Source: a bacterium (lineage in GTDB: Bacteria > Sysuimicrobiota > Sysuimicrobiia > Sysuimicrobiales > Kaftiobacteriaceae). Taken from it: a stretch of 21,670 nucleotides of DNA. Positions 7,663-15,950 of this stretch are shown in pieces. Numbering within the stretch: position 1 is the first letter of the stretch; each line of letters opens with the position of its first letter. The notes under the pieces were generated by a model that was given only the letters and a program-made list of their open reading frames with translations, was not told the origin of the DNA and did no database searches. The stretch lies in the NCBI GenBank assembly GCA_044868695.1, contig JBIOWP010000016.1:1-21670 (forward strand), read 5' to 3'. The position numbers and the translations under genes are program-made.

Positions 7663-9111
7663 TCATTCTGCGCAGCATGAGAGCCGCTCGACGTCTTTGA
7701 AGAATGACAGGGCCGCGATCTTGAGGGCCTCGGCCATGGTCGGATACACGTGCACCATGTCGATGAAATCGTAGACGGTGGCCTTGAAGCGCAGCGCCAT
7801 GGCGGCTTCGTGAATCACCTCTCCAGCGTCGCGCCCGACCATCGAGACGCCAAGGACGCGCTTGGAATCCCAGTCGAGCACCATCTTGATGAGCCCCCGT
7901 GTGTCCCGGACTGCGCCGGTCCGTGGAACGATCCGCATCGGGACCGTGCCGCAGTTGCAGCGAAACCCGCGTTGATTGGCCTCTTCATCTGTCAAGCCTA
8001 CGACGGCCACCTGCGGATCTGTAAAGATGGTGCGCGGAATGACCGTGTGGTCCACCGTCCGCTTTTCACCGTTGAGAGCGTTGGATGCAGCGATGACCCC
8101 ATCGTGCGCACCGACAGGCGTCGCCATCTGACTGTAGGTATGCACGCCGATCACATCCCCGGCGGCCCAGATGTTTGGTGCTGTTGTCGCCAAGACCTCG
8201 TTCACGACGATCGCGCCGCGCCCGTCGGTCTTGACGCCGACGTGCTCCAGGCTAATGCCATCGGTATTAGGGGTTCGTCCAGCCGCAATGAGAAGTCGAT
8301 CGGCTTTGAACGCGCGCTCGCCGCCGTGCGTCTCACCGGCGACTACGACCGTGGCGCCGTCCCGTGAGACACGTCGGACGGTGACTCCTGTCATGAGCTT
8401 GACGCCTTCTTCCTCCAGGATCTCCCTGATCACTTGAGAGACCTCTGGTTCGTACCCTGGAAGCACCCGATCGCTGCGCTCAAGGATGGTAACTGCGGCG
8501 CCGAAGCGCTGAAACATCTGCGCAAGCTCGAGTGCGATGTACCCGCCACCGATAATGACCAGGGACTTGGGGAGTTCCCACAACTCCTCTGATTCCCCCG
8601 AGGTCAGCAGGTCAGAGGTGAGGTAGGGGACGGAATCAAGTCCCTCAATCGGTGGGACGACGGGTCGAGACCCTGTGGCAATGAGGTACTGACGACCGAC
8701 CAGCCGCCGCCCGTTGATTTCAACTGCCCCATCCCGCGTAAAGGCTGCATGCCCCATGTAGACTTTGATGCGATCTGAGTCGTGGACAATAGATTGATAT
8801 TTCTTGTCTCGGTAGTCATGAATCACACCATCTTTCTGCCGGACGAGCTCCTTGAAGTTCAAGTCCATGCCACGAGGAAGCAGGCCAGGAAAGCGCGGGT
8901 GGTGCGCTTCCCAATAGATCCGAGCAGCTTCGATCAGGTTCTTACTTGGGAGGCAGCCGCGATTCACGCAGGTGCCCCCCAGCGTGCGAGATTCCGTCAT
9001 GGCGGCGGTCTTGCCGAGTTCCGCGGCCCGGATGGCCGCTGCGAAGGCTGTGGAGCCGGAGCCGAGGATGACCAGGTCGTAGGACTCGACGGACACCGGC
9101 GTCCTAGCCAT
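7663..9111 (-). CDS. merA: Mercuric reductase (no N-terminal NmerA domain)
   Basis: [41 protein letters not shown] and C-terminal LSCCAE. AAGGAGG RBS before ATG 9111. Confidence 0.95.
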   Translation of the reverse strand: MARTPVSVESYDLVILGSGSTAFAAAIRAAELGKTAAMTESRTLGGTCVNRGCLPSKNLIEAARIYWEAHHPRFPGLLPRGMDLNFKELVRQKDGVIHDYRDKKYQSIVHDSDRIKVYMGHAAFTRDGAVEINGRRLVGRQYLIATGSRPVVPPIEGLDSVPYLTSDLLTSGESEELWELPKSLVIIGGGYIALELAQMFQRFGAAVTILERSDRVLPGYEPEVSQVIREILEEEGVKLMTGVTVRRVSRDGATVVVAGETHGGERAFKADRLLIAAGRTPNTDGISLEHVGVKTDGRGAIVVNEVLATTAPNIWAAGDVIGVHTYSQMATPVGAHDGVIAASNALNGEKRTVDHTVIPRTIFTDPQVAVVGLTDEEANQRGFRCNCGTVPMRIVPRTGAVRDTRGLIKMVLDWDSKRVLGVSMVGRDAGEVIHEAAMALRFKATVYDFIDMVHVYPTMAEALKIAALSFFKDVERLSCCAE

Positions 9112-9577
9112 GGCGGCCTCCTTGGGACCTGCGACTGAGCTGCCCGGCAACCGACGTTCTTGGTTTGTGGAAGCTTTCGATCAGTGTGAAGCACACGCAG
9201 TCCTCAGCCGACCGCGCGTCGATAGTGACCCGCCCCTTCAGGCGCCGCCGCAACCGATGAAGGTCCCCTTTGAGGCGACTCAGCTGTGCAATCTGCTCCT
9301 CGACCTTGCTCAAATTACGGGCGACGATCTCCACGACATGTTGGCACGGCGCCGCTCCTTCATCGCGAACCGCCAGGATGCGGCGGATATCGGCGAGCGA
9401 CATGCCCAGGGCTTTCGCGCCGGCGATGAAGTGGAGCCGGTCGACTGCCTCGGCAGCGTACAGGCGGTAACCAGTTGGAGTGCGGCCTGCCGGTTGGACG
9501 AGTCCAACCCGGTCGTAGTAGCGGAGGGTTTTCGGCTCCAGCCCAGCCAGGGAGCCAAGCCGGCCAATGGTGAGCAT
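9104..9577 (-). CDS. merR: MerR-family regulator within the mer operon
   Basis: [25 protein letters not shown] and TGYRLY; Cys in APCQHV and DCVC; AGGAGG RBS; 8-nt overlap with merA. Confidence 0.88.
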   Translation of the reverse strand: MLTIGRLGSLAGLEPKTLRYYDRVGLVQPAGRTPTGYRLYAAEAVDRLHFIAGAKALGMSLADIRRILAVRDEGAAPCQHVVEIVARNLSKVEEQIAQLSRLKGDLHRLRRRLKGRVTIDARSAEDCVCFTLIESFHKPRTSVAGQLSRRSQGGRHG

Positions 9578-9600
9578 CGTTCCTCCTAACTCTTGGTTCC

Positions 9601-10263
9601 TTACGCATCTACGTGCACACTAAGGGCTTCGTCGAAGTTCCGGGCGTTGGTCAGCTGCCCGAGGGCGAATGCTTCGTCGACAGAAAGAAGAAAGGTTCCC
9701 GCGTGCCGTGAGATCCAGGACGCCGCAACGTCGGTGGAGCGAAAGAAATGAACGAAATGGCAGAAGTTCGCGATGACATCACGGTCGAAAGTCCGACCAG
9801 GGGTGAGGAAGGAGACCACGGCGGTAGATGGGTCGACCCACTTGACGCCATCTGGCCCGACCTCAAGCGAAATCTGGCCTTTGGTTACTGGGCAGACGGA
9901 CTCAATCCGTGCAGTCTTGCCGAGAATACCCGGGATAAACAGGCTATCCCATGCGCACCACGTGTAGAGGGTGTGTCCGTTGACAATGAAGCGGTGAGGA
10001 GGCATCTCGACCACGGTGAGGCCGCCGTACCCGATCACCGCGTTCTGGTCATCGAAGAACACCGGCCACATGGCCAAGGTGTCCCTGATCGTGTCGACAG
10101 GTAAGGCGGCGACCCCAGCGAGCTGGTTGAGGGGCACGGGATTCCCTTCGCTCAGCAAACGGTAGAGGACAACGGCGATCTTCTGGCCAACCGCGTCGAA
10201 CCGCGGTACCGCCCCGACAATCTTGTCAGCCAATTCGGTGACTTTCGCTGAAACCTGGTGCAT
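9601..10263 (-). CDS. merB: Organomercurial lyase
   Basis: LYTWCAWDSLFIP, IESVCPVT and FCHFVHFFRS motifs. AGGAGG RBS before ATG 10263. Confidence 0.93.
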   Translation of the reverse strand: MHQVSAKVTELADKIVGAVPRFDAVGQKIAVVLYRLLSEGNPVPLNQLAGVAALPVDTIRDTLAMWPVFFDDQNAVIGYGGLTVVEMPPHRFIVNGHTLYTWCAWDSLFIPGILGKTARIESVCPVTKGQISLEVGPDGVKWVDPSTAVVSFLTPGRTFDRDVIANFCHFVHFFRSTDVAASWISRHAGTFLLSVDEAFALGQLTNARNFDEALSVHVDA

Positions 10264-10294
10264 GCACGGCCTCCTGACGTGATTTGGTGTTCCC

Positions 10295-10326
10295 ACAATA
10301 GACCTTGAACCTAGGTTTAAGGTCAA
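10295..10326 (-). promoter_or_regulatory. MerR-type promoter/operator of merB-merR-merA
   Basis: Minus strand: TTGACC (10326-10321), 20-bp spacer, TATTGT (10300-10295). 24-bp dyad GACCTTGAACCT/AGGTTTAAGGTC with one mismatch (10301-10324). Confidence 0.85.
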
Positions 10327-10365
10327 GTGCGCTATCATGCCTTAACCTTATCCGCCCCCTGGAAC

Positions 10366-10385
10366 ATATCCGCCAAACCGTATAT
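10366..10385. promoter_or_regulatory. Putative ArsR/SmtB-type operator
   Basis: ATATCCG-CCAAAC-CGTATAT imperfect dyad next to an AT-rich -10-like stretch, upstream of the unit containing the arsR gene. Confidence 0.45.
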
Positions 10386-10479
10386 TATCATATTGGAGGA
10401 TTCAAGCCAAATGTCCAAGGCGGTACCCAGCGCCCACGGCTGGATGGTGTATCTACGCTGACACGGCGCAGGTCGCAAT

Positions 10480-10683
10480 ATGAAACCCGGTGAGATCGGG
10501 CTCGTATTGGGGCTCCTCGTTTGCTGCGCCTTCCTTCCACTACTTCTCGCAGGAGGAATTGGCGCCGTGACCGGGGTGCTCGTCGGCAAGCCGGCTCTCG
10601 TTGCGTCTGGTCTTGCACTCCTTCTGCTTGGCGTGGCTCTATGGCACAAGAGGTCGAGGACCGCACGCCATCCGTCGGATTAG
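10480..10683 (+). CDS. Small two-TM membrane protein with vicinal Cys pair (MerF/MerT-like Hg transporter candidate)
   Basis: GLLVCCAFLPLLLAGG helix, second hydrophobic helix, basic tail; divergent from merB. Confidence 0.65.
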   Translation: MKPGEIGLVLGLLVCCAFLPLLLAGGIGAVTGVLVGKPALVASGLALLLLGVALWHKRSRTARHPSD

Positions 10684-10712
10684 GAGGAACCTATGGACAG
10701 GCGGAGTCGTCA

Positions 10713-11075
10713 ATGAAAACACTTCGGATAACGGCACCGTTTGTGGTGCCGCACCTCTCGAAATCCATTCTCCTCGCAAAGTTCTTCCGGGCGCTCGGCG
10801 ATCCAACCCGATTACGCATTCTCCAAGCCGTCCTCGAGGAGGAGAAGAATGTTACAGCACTCGTCCGGATCATTGGCGCTCCGCAGGGGCGAGTCTCGAC
10901 CCATCTCGCCTGCCTGCGCTGGTGCGGCTACGTGATGACGCGTCGCGATGGACGAAACGTCTTCTACCGGGTCGCCGATCCTCGAGTCCGCGAAATCATG
11001 ACTGTCGCCTCGAAGCTCGTCAGAGACAATCTGGATCGCATCCGCACCTGCACCGTGGTGGACCGGGGACAGTAG
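10713..11075 (+). CDS. ArsR/SmtB-family metalloregulator, CmtR-like
   Basis: AKFFRALGDPTRLRIL, QGRVSTHLACLRWCGYV (CxxxC in helix 4), RRDGRNVFY and a C-terminal Cys. Start set at ATG 10713. Confidence 0.9.
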   Translation: MKTLRITAPFVVPHLSKSILLAKFFRALGDPTRLRILQAVLEEEKNVTALVRIIGAPQGRVSTHLACLRWCGYVMTRRDGRNVFYRVADPRVREIMTVASKLVRDNLDRIRTCTVVDRGQ

Positions 11076-11180
11076 AATGGACGCCCGTTCGCTATCGAGG
11101 ACTAGCTGTGGCGGCGGTCTGCTAGACCGGGAATGCACGACGGCCGAAAGCGTTTAAGGAGAGAGGCATCTCATCACACG

Positions 11181-12203
11181 ATGGTGGTGAATCGGGTGGC
11201 GCGAGTGGCCGGACCGAAGGAAGGCGAGACGATCCCTGTCTTTAGGGCCCGCGACCAGTTTGGCCGGTGGCAGACACTGGAGACGATCGCGGGGCCGGCC
11301 GGGGCACTAATCGCCTTCATGCGCAGTGCAGATTGGTGACCGTACTGCAAAGGCCAGCTCGTGGAGCTGGCGAGACATGCAGACCGGCTGCGAGCGAGGG
11401 GATACGGGATCTGTAGTATCAGTTATGATCCTGTCGAAGTCTTGCGGGAGTTCGCGGACCGCCGTGGGATCACGTATCCGATGCTGTCAGACCCGGACTC
11501 CGCGATCATCCGCACGTTCGGCCTGCTCAACGAGACGGTCGAGCCGGGTACGCGCGATTATGGCGTGCCTCATCCGGTCATGTTCTTTGTGGACGGGTCT
11601 GGCACGGTGATCCGAAAGTACATGGAGGAGCGGTACTTTCACCGCCGGGCGCTCGCGACGATTCTTGCCGAAGACGGCGAACCGTCTGATCTCCAGACCG
11701 TCTGGCAGGTCGACGGTGAGCAGGTCGCCATACGGACGCTGACCCTGCAGCGGGAGGTCTACCCGGGGAACCGGTTCGCGCTGCTGGCCGAAGTGGAGCC
11801 CAGGCCGGGGCTGCACGTCTATGCGCCGGGCGCCGGCGCGGACTATCGCCCGCTCACGCTGCACATGAATGCGCAGCCATACGTGGCCGCCGGGGAGCCG
11901 GTCTACCCGGCCTCGGACGAGACCTGGACATCTCCGCTTGAGGAACAGGTTCCGGTTTACACGCGCCTCCTGCGCGTCCGCGTGGAGGTAGTGCTCGGCA
12001 CTCGTCAAGAGTTAAAGCCGGTCTATGACGGTGGAGGCAGGCTTGAAGTGACTGGCACCCTGTCATTTCAGGCATGCAGCCAAACGATCTGCTGGCCTCC
12101 ACAGGATGTGCCTCTGACCTGGCCGCTTACGCTGCTTCCACCTGATCTGGAGCGTCCTCCTGAACACCTCCAGCGGGAACGATTGATGCAGCGGAACGGC
12201 TAA
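11181..12203 (+). CDS. AhpC/TSA (peroxiredoxin-like) redoxin fused to a DsbD N-terminal-like domain, predicted selenoprotein (U-P-Y-C)
   Basis: ORFs 11133-11339 and 11361-12203 are in one frame and joined by TGA 11337-11339: GPKEGETIPVFRARDQFG...FMRSADW-U-PYCKGQLVEL...SISYD...YPMLSDPDS...PHP. C-domain has LHVYAPG and FQACSQTICWPP. Start uncertain (11133, 11181 or 11196). Confidence 0.88.
11353..11371 (+). promoter_or_regulatory. Putative bacterial SECIS element of the AhpC/TSA fusion gene
   Basis: GCCAGCTC-GTG-GAGCTGGC: perfect 8-bp stem starting 13 nt after the TGA, loop starting with GT. Confidence 0.8.
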
Positions 12204-12327
12204 GGCTTGACGCAGCCCCGCCTGTCGTTCCCGTTATGCTTGGCCTATCCGTAATGGAAGCGCGAGCGGTGTGTTGACGAGAGGGGCGTCCGCACGGTAA
12301 CATCGGCAAGTCTGTCTGAGGAGATCT

Positions 12328-13749
12328 ATGGACTCCGTGCTCGTCGAACACGACACCTCTGTGCCGGCCCCCGAAGGTGGTTCGCCGGTCAACCCCGTGC
12401 GCCGGCTTCTCCGGCTCGCTTGGCCTGTGGTCATTTCCCGGTCGAGCCAGGTGGTGGTCGGCGTCTCGGACGCGATCATGGTCGCGCACCTCGGCGAAGC
12501 GGCGCTCGCAGCCACGACCACGGGTGCGGCCAACACCTTCAACCTGCTCATCCTCCCGATGGCGCTCGTCTTTATCGTCAGCAGTTTCAGCTCCCAGTTC
12601 ACCGGCGAGGGCAATCCGGTTGCTGCGCGCCGCTACGGATGGTATGGCCTGGGTGTGGCGTTCATCACAGAGCTGATGTGTCTGGCGAGCATTCCCGCCG
12701 TACCGGGTTTCCTGCGCACCATCGGGTATCAAGGTGAGGTCCACGGGCTGATGAGCGCCTACCTGCAGGTGCGGCTCCTGACGGGTGGAGCGGCGGTGGG
12801 CATGGAGGCACTGGGCAACTTCTATGGAGGGCTGGGGAACACGCGGCTTCCCATGGTGGTCAGCGTGGCGGCGATGGCCCTCAACGTCTTCGGCAACTGG
12901 GTGCTCATCAACGGGAAGCTGGGCGCGCCTGCTCTGGGCGTCCGGGGGGCGGCGCTGGCAAGCGCCCTCGCCACGCTCATCGCATTCACCCTCTTCCTCA
13001 CCCTCTTCCTGGCCGGGCTCGGCGCGCCGCGCGTCTTCCGAAGGGTCCGCCTGGTCTGGAGCGAGTTCGTCCGCATGCTGCGCTTCGGCCTCCCCGTGGG
13101 TCTCAACTGGTTCTTCGAGTTCCTGGCCTTCAGCTTCTTCATCAACGTCCTTGTCGCCGGGCTCGGCACCACGACGCTGGCCGCGTTCATGATCGTGCTG
13201 CAGATCAACTCGGTGTCGTTCATGCCGGCGTTCGCCGTCGCCAGCGCGGGAGCCATTCTGGTCGGCCAGGCCATCGGCGCCGGGGGGCAGCGCGATGTCC
13301 CGCACGCCGTCGGCCTGACGGCGAAGGTGGTCGGAGCCTGGCAGGGTGCCGTCGGCCTCTCGTATCTGGTCCTGCCCGGCCTGTTCATGGCTCCGTTCGT
13401 GGATGAGCGCACGACGACGCCGGAGCTGCTGCGGATCGGTACTACTATGCTGATGCTGTCGGCAAGCTGGCAGCTGTTCGACGCCGCCGCCATGACGCTC
13501 TCTGAGGCGCTCCGGGCCGCGGGCGACACCGCGTTTTCCATGTGGGCGCGGGTCGTGATCGCGTGGGCGGTGTTCGTCCCGGGGGTGTGGGTGTCCGTCA
13601 AAGTGCTGGGCGGCGGCTACATCGAGGCGACGCTGTGGCTCGTCGCGTACATCGCCCTGCTCGCCGGCATCCTCGCGTGGCGATTCAGGAGCGGGGCGTG
13701 GAAACGCATCAACCTGACCGGTCGAGCGGCGATGCCCGCGACGGAGTAG
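12328..13749 (+). CDS. MATE-family efflux transporter
   Basis: GAGGAG RBS. RLLRLAWP, DAIMVAHLGEAALAA, GNTRLPM, PALGVRGAALAS and LRAAGDT; about 12 TM segments. Confidence 0.93.
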   Translation: MDSVLVEHDTSVPAPEGGSPVNPVRRLLRLAWPVVISRSSQVVVGVSDAIMVAHLGEAALAATTTGAANTFNLLILPMALVFIVSSFSSQFTGEGNPVAARRYGWYGLGVAFITELMCLASIPAVPGFLRTIGYQGEVHGLMSAYLQVRLLTGGAAVGMEALGNFYGGLGNTRLPMVVSVAAMALNVFGNWVLINGKLGAPALGVRGAALASALATLIAFTLFLTLFLAGLGAPRVFRRVRLVWSEFVRMLRFGLPVGLNWFFEFLAFSFFINVLVAGLGTTTLAAFMIVLQINSVSFMPAFAVASAGAILVGQAIGAGGQRDVPHAVGLTAKVVGAWQGAVGLSYLVLPGLFMAPFVDERTTTPELLRIGTTMLMLSASWQLFDAAAMTLSEALRAAGDTAFSMWARVVIAWAVFVPGVWVSVKVLGGGYIEATLWLVAYIALLAGILAWRFRSGAWKRINLTGRAAMPATE

Positions 13750-13802
13750 GGCTGGGAAAGCAGGGGCCTTCTCCCGGCGCTGCGAATCACTCTTCCAGAC
13801 CC

Positions 13803-15056
13803 ATGCGCAGGATTCTGGCGGTTGCATCCCTCGTCATCCTGGCGGCCGGTCCGGCCGCGCGATCGGCCGATCTCACGACGCTGCGGTTCACCATCTGGAG
13901 CGGCAACCAGGCCCACCTCGACCTGCTGAACGGGATCGCCGCGGCCTACCGGGCTTCGCACCCGAATATCGACGTCAGATATGATGTCGTCCCTTTCAGC
14001 GACTACGTTCAAAAGATCACGATCCAAATCGCTTCAGGAACGGCGCCCGATCTGGGCTGGCTGCTCGAAACCTCGGCGCCGACCTTCATCAACGCCGGCG
14101 TCCTGGCCGACGCGTCCGGCAGCCTGCGGGGAGACCGGTCATACGCCTTTGAGGACCTCTCGGCGCCGGCGCTGGAACTCTGGGTGCAGAAGAACGCGGT
14201 CTACGGCGTGCCGTTCTCCACGTCGCCGTTCATCGTCTTTTTCAACCGGGACCTGTTCAAGGCGGCGAAGCTGACGCCCCCGGATCAACTTCCGGCGCGG
14301 AACTGGACGTGGGAGGCGCTGAAGCGCAGCGCGTATGCCATCTCGCGAACCGCCGGATCCGGGATCTACGGCTTCGAGAGCGTCGACGGCCAAGGCTATG
14401 ACGTGCGGGTCTGGCATACGTTGATCCCCGTCGTCCGGGCCTACGGGGCCGATGCGTGGACCGGAGGGACGTGCGGCCTGTCGTCTCCTGAAGCCGTCCG
14501 GGCCGTCCAGTTCTATCACGACATGATCTTCAAGGACCGCAGCGTCGTGCCGCCCGGGGAGCAGGGCGATTTCTTCTCCGGACGCTCGGCGATGACGATT
14601 ACGCAGCTGAGCCGTGTGTCCAAGCTCGAAGGGGCGAAGTTCTCGTGGGGGATCGCGCCTCTTCCCGCCGGCCCGGCAGGGCAGGTTGGTGTGATCGGGC
14701 AGGCGGCCATCGTCGTGTTCGCGAAGAGCGCGCACCGTCAGGCAGCGGTCGAGTTCCTCAAGTTCATGACGAACGCGGAGAACACTGCCAAGATGGCCAA
14801 GTTCTTTCCGCCGGTGCGTGCATCCGTCCTCACCTCACGCGATTTTCTCACGGCAAACCCGCTGGTCTCCCCGGAGCAGATGAAAATTGTCGCCGACGGC
14901 ATTCGCACGGGGAAAGTTTTGCCCAGCCACCCGAACTTTCCCCGGATCGAGGCGGCGGCGCGGCCGGTGTTCGACCGCCTCTGGCGGGCGGACGCCGACG
15001 TGCGGGCGGTGCTGGGAGACGTCTGCGGTGTGATTCAGCCGCTGCTCAAGGAGTAG
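13803..15056 (+). CDS. Carbohydrate ABC transporter substrate-binding protein
   Basis: Signal peptide MRRILAVASLVILAAGPAARS; ASGTAPDL, YGVPF, FFNRDLFKAA, WTWE and WGIAPLPAGP. Confidence 0.9.
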   Translation: MRRILAVASLVILAAGPAARSADLTTLRFTIWSGNQAHLDLLNGIAAAYRASHPNIDVRYDVVPFSDYVQKITIQIASGTAPDLGWLLETSAPTFINAGVLADASGSLRGDRSYAFEDLSAPALELWVQKNAVYGVPFSTSPFIVFFNRDLFKAAKLTPPDQLPARNWTWEALKRSAYAISRTAGSGIYGFESVDGQGYDVRVWHTLIPVVRAYGADAWTGGTCGLSSPEAVRAVQFYHDMIFKDRSVVPPGEQGDFFSGRSAMTITQLSRVSKLEGAKFSWGIAPLPAGPAGQVGVIGQAAIVVFAKSAHRQAAVEFLKFMTNAENTAKMAKFFPPVRASVLTSRDFLTANPLVSPEQMKIVADGIRTGKVLPSHPNFPRIEAAARPVFDRLWRADADVRAVLGDVCGVIQPLLKE

Positions 15057-15062
15057 CCGCTC

Positions 15063-15950
15063 GTGGCCCGGAGGCGGGGCTGGACGCGGCTCGACGCGTG
15101 GCACGCCTACCTCCTCGTCAGCCCGCAGGTCCTGGGGTTCCTCGCGTTCGTGGTCGGGCCGCTCATTGCGGTCTTCGTCTTCAGCCTGCAGGCCCGCGAC
15201 CTGCTCACGGGCCGGGTCGCGTTCGTCGGCGCGAGCAACTTCGGGGCGGTCCTGAGCGACCGCCTCTTCTACACGGTGCTGACGAACAGCCTTACGTTCA
15301 CCGCCGGCCTCGTTGTCCTCAACATAACCCTCGCGCTGTCGCTCGCCCTGCTGCTTGCGCGCGGCTTCCGGGGGAGCACGGCCTTCCGCACGCTGTTCTT
15401 CGCCTCCGTCGTCACGTCGGCCGCGGCCTGGGCGATCGTGTGGCGGTTCATCCTTCAGGGAGAGCAGGGCGTCCTGAACCAGTTCCTGGCGCTGGTAGGG
15501 ATCCACGGCCCGAACTGGCTGCGGGAGCCGCGCTGGGCCATGGCCTCCGTCATCGTCACCCGCGTGCTGAAGAATGTCGGCCTCAACATGACCATCTACC
15601 TGGCCGCGCTCAAGTCCATCCCTGAGGAATACGCCGAAGCCGCCCGCGTGGACGGCGCAGGCAGCTGGCGCGTGCTGCGCGCCATCACGATTCCGCTGCT
15701 GGCTCCGACCACGCTGTTCGTCGCCATCGTCACCGTCACAAGCGCCCTGCAGGTCTTCGACCACATTCTCCTGATGACGGCGGGCGGGCCGGAGAATGCC
15801 ACGAACGTCCTCGTCTACTACATCTACCGGCAGGCCTTCCAGTTCTTTGACATCGGCTACGCGAGCGCTCTGGCGGTTTTCCTGTTCGCCGTGGCGCTCC
15901 TGCTGACCCTGGCCATGTGGCTGGCCCGGGGACGGACGGCGACGGCATGA
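15063..15950 (+). CDS. Carbohydrate ABC transporter permease
   Basis: FVGASNF, FRTLFF, EAA loop IPEEYAEAARVDGA, and GYASALA. Confidence 0.92.
   Translation: MARRRGWTRLDAWHAYLLVSPQVLGFLAFVVGPLIAVFVFSLQARDLLTGRVAFVGASNFGAVLSDRLFYTVLTNSLTFTAGLVVLNITLALSLALLLARGFRGSTAFRTLFFASVVTSAAAWAIVWRFILQGEQGVLNQFLALVGIHGPNWLREPRWAMASVIVTRVLKNVGLNMTIYLAALKSIPEEYAEAARVDGAGSWRVLRAITIPLLAPTTLFVAIVTVTSALQVFDHILLMTAGGPENATNVLVYYIYRQAFQFFDIGYASALAVFLFAVALLLTLAMWLARGRTATA

Noticed and set aside
11115..11129. Hairpin CGGTCT-GCT-AGACCG between arsR and the AhpC fusion as a terminator
   Set aside because: Only 6 bp and no U-tract, so it is not supportable as an intrinsic terminator.
1719..11339. Genome-wide TGA reassignment (Trp/Gly) as the explanation for the in-frame TGAs
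   Set aside because: TGA ends many genes at their natural C-termini (merA after SCCAE, the ATPase, permeases with ATGA/GTGA overlaps) and Trp is encoded by TGG. The internal TGAs fall specifically at catalytic Cys positions.
11133..11339. Calling 11133-11339 and 11361-12203 two genes or a pseudogene
   Set aside because: Same frame, continuous thioredoxin fold, UxxC context and a SECIS-like hairpin all favour one recoded gene.
12274..12303. Possible MATE promoter TTGACG-18 bp-TAACAT
   Set aside because: Plausible but unsupported by any other signal.
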